Source: Octopus sinensis | Taxonomy: Eukaryota | Direction of reading: 5' to 3' | NCBI RefSeq assembly: GCF_006345805.1 | Contig: NC_042997.1 | Coordinates: 177,196,001 to 177,260,000, forward strand | Length of the DNA stretch: 64,000 bases | Shown: positions 52,765 to 64,000 of the stretch, piece by piece | Layout of the letters: each line of letters starts with the position of its first letter | Position numbering within the stretch: position 1 is the first letter of the stretch | Program-made: the position numbers and the translations under genes | The notes under the pieces: generated by a model | The model's database searches: none | The model's input: the letters and a program-made list of their open reading frames with translations, nothing else | What the model was told of the DNA's origin: nothing

Positions 52765-53388
52765 GTATTATATACTATATATATATATATATGAAATATC
52801 GGACTATTAACCTCATCTTCAAAGATCAAACGCAGTATAGATGTGTTTCATCTCTAGAGATGTGGTTAATCGCCTGGAAAATTATTATCGTACCAACAAT
52901 AACTCGTCTCAAACATGTGTGAATATATGTAAGTATATACACACATACTTGTAGTGAGAAAAGAAATACATATATACACGCATACTTATATTTGTATATG
53001 TATACACACACACACACATACACACATATATCCATATTATATACATATAATATACACATACACACGCACACAGATATACGCACACATATAATTATGAGAA
53101 CTCAAAATATGCAAGCATGCACCTGTGTGTATATGTCAGTATCTGTCTGGCTATCTACTTACCTAGCTTCTACTATATACATACATACATACATACATAC
53201 GTACATACGTACATACGTACATGCATACATGCATACATGCATACATACATACATACATACATACATACATACATACATACATACATACATGCATGCATAC
53301 TACATACAAATACTTGCATACGTACACACACACACATATATATATATATGATAGACACATATCTGTATATTACATATAATATATGTGT

Positions 53389-53424
<36 letters not shown>

Positions 53425-55469
53425 AAGGTTGGATAGTTTTAATAAGCGATGTCGAGTATTTATCTTTGCATTAACGAACGAATATTACTGGTTCCATTAT
53501 TTTTTATCGACCCTGTTTATGAAGATACATTACCGAATGTTTGTACGTTTGTTCAGAAATCTGTAAATGGATCCTCCGTCAGTTTTGTGGAAGAATATTC
53601 CGCACAATCATGGCATTACAGAATAAAGTAACAGTTATTCCACAAACGGTTCTACCTGTATCCTAATTCTCAGGCTGAATCAGAATGTCTTTGAATGACA
53701 AGGCTGAGCATTTGAAGTACTGCATCATTCAAAACTTCCATGCTTCCTGAGATTCGCCTACACTACATCTGATTTTCTCCCCTCCATACACACGCAAGCA
53801 TGTATCTGACTCATACACTGTTCACTTTCCAGACATTTGTACATTACTGCATGTGCCTTATACACACTTTTGATAAGTTGTGGTGCACTGGAGCATTGTA
53901 TACAATAATTTCATTATTATTATTATTAGTCCACTCCAAATCCTTAGTTACTGTCTATATTATAGTGTATAGAGCTTATATAAAGGCGGTAAACAAAACT
54001 TTCATAAGAATTGGTTTTAATACCTTGCTAATATCTCATTGAAAGTATGAAATTTATGTACAAGAAAACAAGTGGCGTTAACATAAGTTTTAACACGAGA
54101 AAGTAAATATATACAGAATATCATAAACAAAGAAAATCACTTGATAGGACGACAATAAATAGCCATTTAAAAAGGGAAGAAATGGAGGACAATAATTTTG
54201 AGGTGAGGAGAGAAAGAGAAACACAAGATTAAGGAGAATATACTTGAGGATATAGAGTTGGAAAAACATAGATAGTTTAGCATCAGGCTTAATATTGTAT
54301 GGAGCATGTAAAATCTTAATAAAGCTTCATATCCAGTGATTACGAGCTAAGAAATGCTGGACTTAAAATGGACAAAATTATTAATGTTTGTCATGTAGGA
54401 TAAGAATTTATTTTTGGCGAGATTTATTTAATGTTCCTCAGAATCAAACGACTATTGATAGGAATTGAGCTAGAATGTAGAACGACTGAAAAAAAAAAGG
54501 TTGATAAAAACTAGTAACCAATGTATATAAGCGGTATTTATAGCCTAGAGAAACCAAGTTAATGAAATAAAAGTAATGATAATCTTTTAATGTCCAATGA
54601 AGATAAATATTTACTACAGGGCAAAAAGATGAATTTTCGGTTACATCTTTTCAATAGTGTATTGCACTATAATTTAAGATAATTAAAATAATAGTTAATT
54701 ACAAATATCATATTCACAGTACTAGTTTCTACCGTAGAACTGATTGCAAAAATAACCATGAACTATGAAAATATCTCGAACTAATCAAAAATATTTTTAT
54801 AGAAGCGCTAAATAGCGAACCGTGTAGAAGAAATCAAAGACTATTAAGAAACAAACTGAGTGAATTCGTGTTAGAGAATTCCAATATTATATTGAAGATT
54901 ATAATTTCTATGAAAATCCCAAACGGATTGAAGCGCTAACAGCAATTGAAGTTAAATATCTGTTAATCTAACGAACGGATTAAAATAATGATTCACGCGA
55001 TAGAGGCTACATTAACGAAATATAAACAAAATAATTTAATATCAAATTGAGAAGGCAAGAAGATAAATATTTGCCACGATACAAGACGGTGAATTTTCGC
55101 ATAGATCAAAGGAGTAATATGTTGGATAGGATTTAAGATAATTAAAATAAAATCATAAATTGAACATTCATGTTGCGGGTGTTCAATATAACAGGAGATT
55201 ATAATATAAATGTAAATCCATGACAGATTTACACGTTGCTGGTAATTGAAGTTAAATATCTTTTGATGTAGCGAGTTGATTGAAATATAATATATTCAAA
55301 AAGGGAGTAGTAATTAAGTTTGTGATTACGAAGGAGAGAGAGGTGAAAATGCCCTAATATGTGTTTGTTTGTGGCTAAAGTAACTTGGAACAATAATCCA
55401 GGCGAGATTAATGATTATACTAGTGTAAAAGGAACCTAAGTTTTACAGCATGGTATTGTACTAGCCTAT

Positions 55470-55877
55470 TGAGGCGGCGAGCTGGCTGAAACGTAAGCAC
55501 TCCGGGCGAAATGCGTAGCCGTATTTCGTCTGCCGTTACGTTCTGAGTTCAAATTCTGCCGAGGTCGACTTTGCCTTTCATCCTTTCGGGGTCGATAAAT
55601 TAAGTACCAGTTATGCACTGGGGTCGATATAATCGACTTAATCCGTTTGTCTGTCCTTGTTTACCCTCTCTGTGTTTAGTCCCTTGTGGGTAGTAAAGAA
55701 ATAGTTATTTCGTCTGTCGTTACGTTGTGAGTTAAAACTCCGCCGAGGTCGACTTTGCCTTTCATCATTTCGGGGTCGATAAATTAAGCACCAGTTACGC
55801 ACTGGGGTCGATGTGATCGACTTAATCCCTTTGTTTGTCTACTCTATGTTTAGCCCCTTGTGGGTAGTAAAGAAATA
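55470..55877 (+). mobile_element. Meta-core SINE dimer enclosed by a single 16-bp TSD
   Basis: TSD ggtattgtactagcct at 55,452-55,467 and 55,878-55,893; junction gaaata-gt-tatttc at 55,698-55,711. Confidence 0.9.
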
Positions 55878-56534
55878 GGTATTGTACTAGCCTTTTAATA
55901 ATTGAATGGAAGCTTAACCGAGTTAGACAGGCCGACGTAAACAGTTTATAATTTAGAAACGAATAAGAGAGATAATCGAGGTGTTTCCAGAGCCTACCAG
56001 CTATGTTGAAGTGAAATATAACGGGGTTCAACGAATAGGTGATTGACAGCTAAATTAGAAAAGAGTTGAGGAAGATTAGACATGGTTATACTCTTAAAAA
56101 CTAATCGTGGTAACTTAGTAAAAAGTAGTATTGTAATAGTCTTATTGTCATGAGCTGCAATGTGATCTTACTGTCTTATTGATTTTGGAATTCTAGTGAA
56201 TATGTGACTATATGGAAAGCGGAGTGAGAAGATATGTTACATAAATGGAGATAATTATTAAGTAATAATTAAAAATTGATTAAAATTTACCATAAAATTC
56301 CAAAAAGAAAATGAATAAACCAAAGTTGAACAATGGTTAGTTTAGGTGTAGAAAGGGGAGAAACTAGTAAAACAAAGTATATGAAGTTGTTGATGAAATA
56401 TTATAAATAGCATTATTCCGCCTTTCATCTTTTCGGGGTTGATAAATTAAGTACCAGTTACGTATTGGAGTCGATCTAATCGACTGGCCCCCTCCCCCAA
56501 ATTTCGGGCCTTGTGGCTAGAGTAGAAAAGGAAT

Positions 56535-57400
56535 TTCAACCGTGTTTCGTGGTCTGCTATCACAACAGCTCCATTATAGGATCCAGTTAGCTCAAGACAT
56601 CATCAGGAGGAACCACGTCCGGCTTCGACCCCTACTGCTCTACCGTTTTAACGTGCCCCCCCCCCTCGGAGGTGTCTTCAGCTCTGGTGTTGGGTGCATG
56701 TCTTCTTTCTCCTTTCTTCTGTTCCCTGGCCTCTTCGATGTTGTGTCAACGAGTGTCAGCGGGCGACTGACTGTCTTGTCAAATTTCCCTTTAAATATCA
56801 TAAATATTCATTGAATAAGAGATACCAATGAGAAGAGTTAAAAGTTATGAAAAAGAAAAACTAGTTCGAACGTGAAATGAAATGCAAAATACCATACAAG
56901 ATACAATAGCAAGTCAATGAATATCTGGAATACTATCAAATGTTATATATGGAAGTACTTCATAGAAATTCTAAAAACTCCTTTGGATGTACTGGAATTG
57001 CTTGTAGAAGAGCGAAAGCAGCTGATTGTAGTGGCATGCTAGGGTAAAGTGGAGAGTATTAGGTTATACTTATACAAGAGGAGTAGAAGGTCAGCAATAG
57101 TAAGGAAGAATCATGTAATTGCAAGAAATTATTCATTCTGAATAATTCAGTAGTTTCTTCTACTGATCTCTAGTTCTTTCGATGTCTCTGGCGAAAAAAT
57201 CTGATACCTCAGCCATACACTAATTTCTTAACGATTTGTAACTGCCCTTTCGGTGTACATTTAAGTTCGAAAGGAGCGTGTTTAAAGCGAATAAAAAAGT
57301 GGACAGGAAGGTATTTTTCTTTATGTCAGAGCACCGAAAAGAACACACATGTGAGTTATAGGTTCTTTTAAATGTATTTGTGCTTAGCATTTATATATAC
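56535..57400 (-). pseudogene. Degenerate Penelope-like fragment with decayed HHR at its 3' end
   Basis: THMCVLF...KIPSC and VLPYITFD resemble Penelope thumb/linker motifs; CTGATGA...GAAACACGGTT at about 56,535-56,610. Confidence 0.4.
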
Positions 57401-58723
57401 ATTTCCATACGACGTTCTTTGCCAGATATTTAGAATCCAGAAGCTTACTGTATTCCTTCATATTCACTAGCTTGTTTTCCTCATCTGAAACGAATCATTT
57501 TATATGCAACCAGTCAATTGTTCAGTAGATATTTACTTTCAATTATTGGTTGCACGTCAGTTAGTTTCAAATTTTCACTCGGATTATAATCGCCGATAAT
57601 TTATCGGAATTCTGTAACGACAACATATTCACTTTTGTTTATTAACAGTATCTTTGTTTCCTACTCCAACTTTTTTTTTGCTATTTACTTACTATTCTAT
57701 AATATGACGTTTGAATAATTAAAGACGCGTTTTCAATGTTCGTGGCCATTTTGTAATATTCAGATATCTTATTCTAAATGATGATCATTTTCGCATAATA
57801 AATATTCCGTTCTATAATATTCTAATCAACGATTATTTTAATTATCTTGGTGCTACACACATCTACGAAGATGTACGAGAAATTTTACCCTCTTGCTGTG
57901 TAGTAAATATATATATATACATAACGAGAAATTGAGGTGATGGTGTCAAGAAGACCCAAAGATGTCAGGTAGTGCTGAGTAAGTGCTATGGACGGACTAT
58001 AGTTAAGCTCCAGGTTCGGTGTTTATGCGAATGAAAAGTCCAACGTAGGTCATATATTAGCATGCATCTCATTCTGTTAATTATATATATATATATAATG
58101 TATGTATGTATGTATTTCAGGTCAATCCATATAACATTAAAGGACTCTTATTGCTTTTTTATCGTTCACGTAGGTTCTTTAGGTCATAAATATAGATTTA
58201 AATACTTTCGTTACGAATTTAACTAAACTTTTCAGTCGTTCTCTGTTCTAGCTTAATTTCAACCTATATTCGTTTAATTCTGGTCAGCATCTAATATTCA
58301 CCCCTCCCCCACAAAAACACCATTACACTGTTGCATTACTACCATCAATGAGTTTGTTCATGTCTAGTCCAGCAATTTCTTTTTCCCTAATAGATGTTAA
58401 TCAAAGGATGTAAATCAATATCATTTAAGCTTCCCACATTTGACATCTTCATACGCTATCGATACTTTTCCTACTATACAGTCACAAATATGGTCCCTTT
58501 ATGTTTCTCTTTAGTGCCTCTTCTTTTATCTTCTCATCCATCTCTTAAATTTAATGCTGGTTTCGCTGAATGATATTCTTCGCTTGTCATTGCCACGGTG
58601 TTAGTTTTCGCGTTTAAAACTTGTAAAAGCACTTTCAGTCACACCATAGTGAAATTCTAACACTCTATTAAAAAACAAAATAGTTATCAGGTTAATTAAA
58701 GAACTGTGTATGCATATACACCG

Positions 58724-58776
<53 letters not shown>

Positions 58777-58798
58777 GTATGTATGCCACGTATGTCGG

Positions 58799-58936
<138 letters not shown>

Positions 58937-59158
58937 TTATATCTCTCTGTTTGTCTGTATGTATGAATGTATGTTATGTTTTAGTTTTATTTCTATACGT
59001 CTTATTAATGGAAAGACAGCTGCTTTCTAACCTAGACCCAAGCTTCGTTTATTGGAATTTCAACAGCAACAGTAGGATAGCTACGAAAGTATATATATAT
59101 ATTTGCAAGTATTTGGAGTCAGTGCAGATTTGTATGCTTTGTTTTATGCTTGTGTATT

Positions 59159-59195
<37 letters not shown>

Positions 59196-59239
59196 CTGCA
59201 AGCAATTTGAATATTTACTTATATGCCAATTTTTTTTTC

Positions 59240-59455
59240 TTTATTGCCCACAGGGGACTAAACATACAGGAGACAAACAAGGGCAAAGGGTTTTAGTCGA
59301 TTACATCGACCCCAGTGCGTAACTGGTACTTATTTAATCGACTCCGAAAGGATGAAAGGCAAAGTCGACCTCGGCGGAATTTGAACTCAGAACGTAACTG
59401 CAGACGAAATACCGCTAAGCATTTCGCCCGGCGTGCTAACGATTATGCTAGTTGA
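59240..59455 (-). mobile_element. Meta-core SINE monomer
   Basis: Reverse complement of the 22,021 element. Confidence 0.85.
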
Positions 59456-59915
59456 AGGCGCAAGACTGATTGGTTAGGGTTTCGGCTCACGATCGCCAGG
59501 ACATGAATTCAATAAAAGAACTGGCGGCGTGTTGTATCCTTGAGCAAAACACCTTATTTTGCGTTGTTCCAGTCCACTCAGCTAGCAAAAATAACTAGTA
59601 TCTTTATTTCAAAGGGTCAGCTTGTCACATTCTGTGTCATACTGAATCTCCCTGAGAACTACGCTAAGGGTACACGTTAATTTCACAAGTAGGCTCTTCC
59701 GTCGATTGGATCAACTGGAACCCCCGTCGATTTTCACTGATCTTTTAGTTTACATTAATAGCCGCTGGGCTACTGAGTTCCGCTACCGTACATAGTCTCT
59801 CTTATCTGTTCCCAATCACTATGTTTAGCCTGTAATGTTTTCATTTTATTGAAGTTTTCATTGGGATTTTCAACCAGTCCTTCCATATTATTATTGGTTA
59901 AGGTCTCTAGCGCAA

Positions 59916-60137
59916 GGCGACGAGCTGGCAGAATCGTTAGCACGCCGGGCGAAATTCTTAGCGGTATTTCTTCTGCCGTTACGTTCTGAGTTCAAATTCC
60001 GCTGAGGTCGACTTTGCCTTTCATCCTTTCGGGGTCGATTAAATATGTCCCAGTGGGGCCGATATAATCGACTTAATCCGTGTGTCTGTCCTTGTTTGTC
60101 CTCTCTGTGTTTAGCCCCTTGTGGGTAGTAAAGAAAT
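59916..60137 (+). mobile_element. Meta-core SINE monomer with 16-bp TSD
   Basis: TSD aaggtctctagcgcaa at 59,900-59,915 and 60,138-60,153. Confidence 0.9.
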
Positions 60138-60359
60138 AAGGTCTCTAGCGCAATGTGTATGTGTGTTCGTATGTTTATGTATCTCTGAAAAGACGAAAGC
60201 TTCCGAAACTGCATATATCAATGTGTGTGTGGATGTAAATGTATGACTTTTATGTATAATCATACATAAATACACGTTCAAACGTCAACTGAAAAGGTAT
60301 TCAATAGCTATATGTAGAGTTTATATTTATTTTACGAAGTAAAGTTTGGTTTTCGTTTA

Positions 60360-60580
60360 TACGAGGCTGTGCTGAAAAGTTCTTGACTTTGAGTAAAAGA
60401 AAATACGGGAGGATCAGTTAAATTATGATTTTATCCAACATATTCCCTTTTCAGATTCACAGACACATTGCAACGGTCCTTCAGTTTTCTAAGTCCTGTA
60501 AAAGAACTCGGAAGTTTGGACCTCAAACCAAGTCTTTCGCGACACCCTTAAAGATATGAACTTTTCAGCACGCCCTCGTA
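60360..60580. mobile_element. Tc1/mariner-type MITE (221 bp including flanking TA)
   Basis: Ends tacgaggctgtgctgaaaagttc and gaacttttcagcacgccctcgta are 23-bp inverted repeats with 2 mismatches and TA at both ends; the TIR resembles Hsmar2/irritans-type ends. Confidence 0.85.
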
Positions 60581-61337
60581 CACACTTTATAAGGGTTGGT
60601 CACGTTTAAAACAGTGCTTATCATTCATTTCCGAAGATGATTTTGTAGAAGAATTCTAAAGAGGAACACATTCTAAAGTGGTTCCAAAGGTGCAATACAA
60701 AGATCAACCGAAGGAATATTTTAAAACGGTAGATTGATACACACTGTTGATGCATTTGATTCTGTTAGAGAAAATACCATCATGGAAAGTACTGCAAAAA
60801 ATGGTGTTGGCAAAGAGACCAGCGGAGTGAAGAGGAAAGGAAACGAAGACATATCCGGTTGCGCTCCCTTTTATATGTCCAATGATCTAGTTTCGTCCTT
60901 TTACAACCATCTTAGATCACGCACATTAATTCAATTGAATAAAATTCTTGACTCAGAAAGCATTGATACACACACGCACATACACACACGTACACACACA
61001 CACACACGTATACACATACACACACACAAATTTATACCTGTATCTATCTAGCTATCTATCTATTCGCACACATGCAGACACGAGTGACATTCACATACAT
61101 ACACACACATGCACACACATACACGCACGCACACACACACACACACATATTCACACTCACGCATATATAAAACGAACTACCAACCAGTTTCCGTCTGACA
61201 AATTCACTCATGTGGTAGTGGTCGGTCTGCGGCTATAGTAGAAGACATTTACCCAAAGTGCCGCACAATAGGACTGAACCCCAAACCACCTGATTCAAAA
61301 GTGAGTGTATGTGTGCGTGCGTGTGTGTTTGTGTATA

Positions 61338-61369
<32 letters not shown>

Positions 61370-61413
61370 CTATATATATATATATATATATATATATAGA
61401 TATATAGATATAG

Positions 61414-61483
<70 letters not shown>

Positions 61484-62360
61484 GTACGTACATGCACGCA
61501 TGCATACATATGTATATATGAAGAGAAATGGAAACGGGGAAGAGAGAGATGAGTGAATGACAGTGAGAAAGACCGAGAAAGAAAGATAGAGAGAGATGTG
61601 CTTCTTTGTAGGCTTATTTTTATATCAATGATGTATTACTGAAAACACTACCGTGTTCCAATACAATATCTATTATGTAAAGTTTTTGCGTTTTCATATT
61701 TTCTTATAAATCCTTTCTCATTAGTTTCGAATAATACCATTCCTCGGAACATTAATCTTCAGAGCCTTCTCTGAAATATCACTTTACATAGAGCAGTAAA
61801 GAATCATTAGCTTATTCTTGAAACTTTTTAGAAATGCTATAATGCGTCTCGACTAAAACACGCAACAATAACACGCAACAAGTTTCATTTCAATTAGATA
61901 TGGCCGAATTGGTCTTGAACCCCTAATGAACTTAGCGAAGTTATCGTGCCATGATAATGACAAATAGTTTATATGAAATCGAATATAAAACAAACTTGAA
62001 TAAAAAGGATTAAATATGAACACGTTCGTGTCTTCAATATGGAGAAACCTAAATTCATCCATCCATACAAGAAAAATATTTAATGACAATTATTTACACA
62101 TTGTCTTATATATCACTCTGCATGAAAACCGGTTTGACTGGAACCCAATCACGAATTTACAATATAGAATTGTGATGAATCACAAGCTCGGACCGTACCA
62201 TATGAATGCTTGGAGCTCTTCACTAATCTAAGTAATATTGTTAGCCTGGTGTGCCAATAGAGAGCTTATGAAGTAGTTTGTCTGGATTGATAATCCTTCG
62301 CTATTAACTCAGGTTTAACATTTACACACATAGTTATACATAAACAAATTTTCGTGAATA

Positions 62361-62403
<43 letters not shown>

Positions 62404-62567
62404 CAACAAAAGCGCAATAGAGGACAATAAGACATTCGGACAGATAGACGATAAACAGGCGGACAGGAGAAACAACAAGTAGGTCAGAGGAAAAAGAGGA
62501 CGGGTCATTCGTGGACTTCTTTCCTCAATCAAGTTACCAGATGTCCTTATTGTATATATACACACAC

Positions 62568-62598
<31 letters not shown>

Positions 62599-62703
62599 TA
62601 TATATACACACATATATATATATAGTCTAAATCTACGTTAAATAGACTTAAGAAACATAAGTTTCAGTAGGAAATAAGTGTGGTGGGATGCTAGAGTTAT
62701 TAG

Positions 62704-62821
62704 GGGTACGGGATACAGGCATCCAGCAACAGGACCTCCGTAATGTCATGATGGACCGTGAAGTCTGGCGTAGCATGGTAAATTCCATTGTCTCGACCAC
62801 GGTCGAACAATGATGATGATG
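62704..62821 (+). mobile_element. 5'-truncated RTE LINE 3' end with (TGA)n tail and 11-bp TSD
   Basis: DTGIQQQDLRNVMMDREVWRSMVNSIVSTTVEQ* then tgatgatgatg; TSD agagttattag at 62,693-62,703 and 62,822-62,832. Confidence 0.8.
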
Positions 62822-62980
62822 AGAGTTATTAGAAGTGGGGTACAAAGAGTGTTAAATAGGCAGTTTCACTTGATTACACATTAGAAGTAATGGCTCACAT
62901 TTTATATTTAGCGATGAGTCGGCCCCTTGTTTTGGGGATATATTTTTAGACTTCAAATACCAACTTACATGCTGGCATAT

Positions 62981-63027
<47 letters not shown>

Positions 63028-63207
63028 AAATTGAAAATAGAGAAACATACTTAAATCAATCAAACATCAACCATCAGATGATACCCAATCAATACTTTAT
63101 TACACCATTACATAACAGCAAAGGCATTATACAAAATATACTGTAAATATAATTAGACAAGGAAATAGAAATATAAAATATAAAATATAATATATAATAA
63201 TATCATA

Positions 63208-63318
63208 TCTGACAGCTGTTTCGGCCGTGAGGACAAGTATGCCTCATTTAACCTATAAGCCATATAAGGCAGGTATAAATGAGACATTAACAAGGATGTC
63301 CCACGGCCTCTTCAGAGA
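63208..63318 (-). ncRNA. Minimal hammerhead ribozyme with a ~87-nt, well-paired stem II
   Basis: Minus strand reads TCT-CTGAAGA-GGCCGTG GGACA...ATGTCTCATTTA...TAAATGAGGCAT...TGTCC T CACGGCC-GAAAC-AGCT-GTC-AGA; intact core, palindromic helix III ACAGCTGT. Confidence 0.8.
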
Positions 63319-63647
63319 ATTTAATTTATTATAAGTGTGAAAAAATTTTTTTACATATAAATATAAAAATATATATAATATAAAAATGTGTGCATAGACA
63401 CTCATAATACTACACATATATATATATACTCATTAATACAATAATACAAAATAAACAAAATATATCAAAATACATTAACAAACACAGTTATTCTACATAT
63501 TGGACTTCTAGTTCCATAACTAACCTCAAGGAAAATACATGCACACTCACATTTAAATTTAAATCAGACATATACATAAAAAATAATACAAAAACACACA
63601 GTTCAGTTCATAAAATTATAACCCTACAAAAGTCAATAAAAATTACT

Positions 63648-63700
<53 letters not shown>

Positions 63701-64000
63701 CAACCATGACTGTACCAAGTACATCAATCAGACATCTACATATCTATAAGTCTAATTCCTCTGTCCGCTTGATATTGATTATTCTAGATTGATTCGATTG
63801 GCTTATAGTTTTAAATTTGAATCACAAAGGAAATTTTACGGTTAGTTAGTCAAGAAACGCACATACGCACACGCACATCCACAGATCCATCGCACATACA
63901 TACATAATTATATGTATACACACACACATACACTCATACACATACATAGCCACAAACACAGCCAAACACATAAATAAATAAATAATATAAGAGGTATAAT

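Noticed and set aside
60734-61051. 105-aa ORF (MESTAKNGVGKETSG...)
   Set aside because: No recognisable domain, no donor site, and it runs into a (CA)n tract.

Overview
Eukaryotic, AT-rich, repeat-saturated genomic DNA with no protein-coding gene I can support. The repeat content (tRNA-headed SINEs, a SINE with a Meta-domain-like core, dense TA/TG/TAA/TCTA microsatellites) resembles a coleoid cephalopod, most likely Octopus; this is inferred from recalled repeat sequences, not from a search. Most ORFs in the supplied track are translations of microsatellites or SINEs. Several convincing-looking 'exons' are better explained as decayed LINE reading frames (RTE, R4/Dong, CR1/L2 group, Penelope). 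The most notable signal is a set of about ten minimal hammerhead-ribozyme (HHR) motifs with palindromic helix III, of the type known from Penelope-like elements. Several sit in fold-back (inverted-repeat) insertions abutting (TA)n, and several have greatly extended stem II hairpins. One ~570-bp insertion at 36,750-37,318, flanked by a 14-bp direct repeat, is a palindrome of two outward-facing units, each built as tRNA-like Pol III head, (TAA)n, then HHR-bearing tail; it is a candidate Pol III-driven, ribozyme-terminated SINE/retrozyme hybrid. Other points: SINE multimers share one fixed self-complementary junction at four loci, there is a ~1,437-bp tandem duplication, and there is a mariner-type MITE. 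Coordinates of degenerate relics are approximate; motif coordinates were counted by hand.
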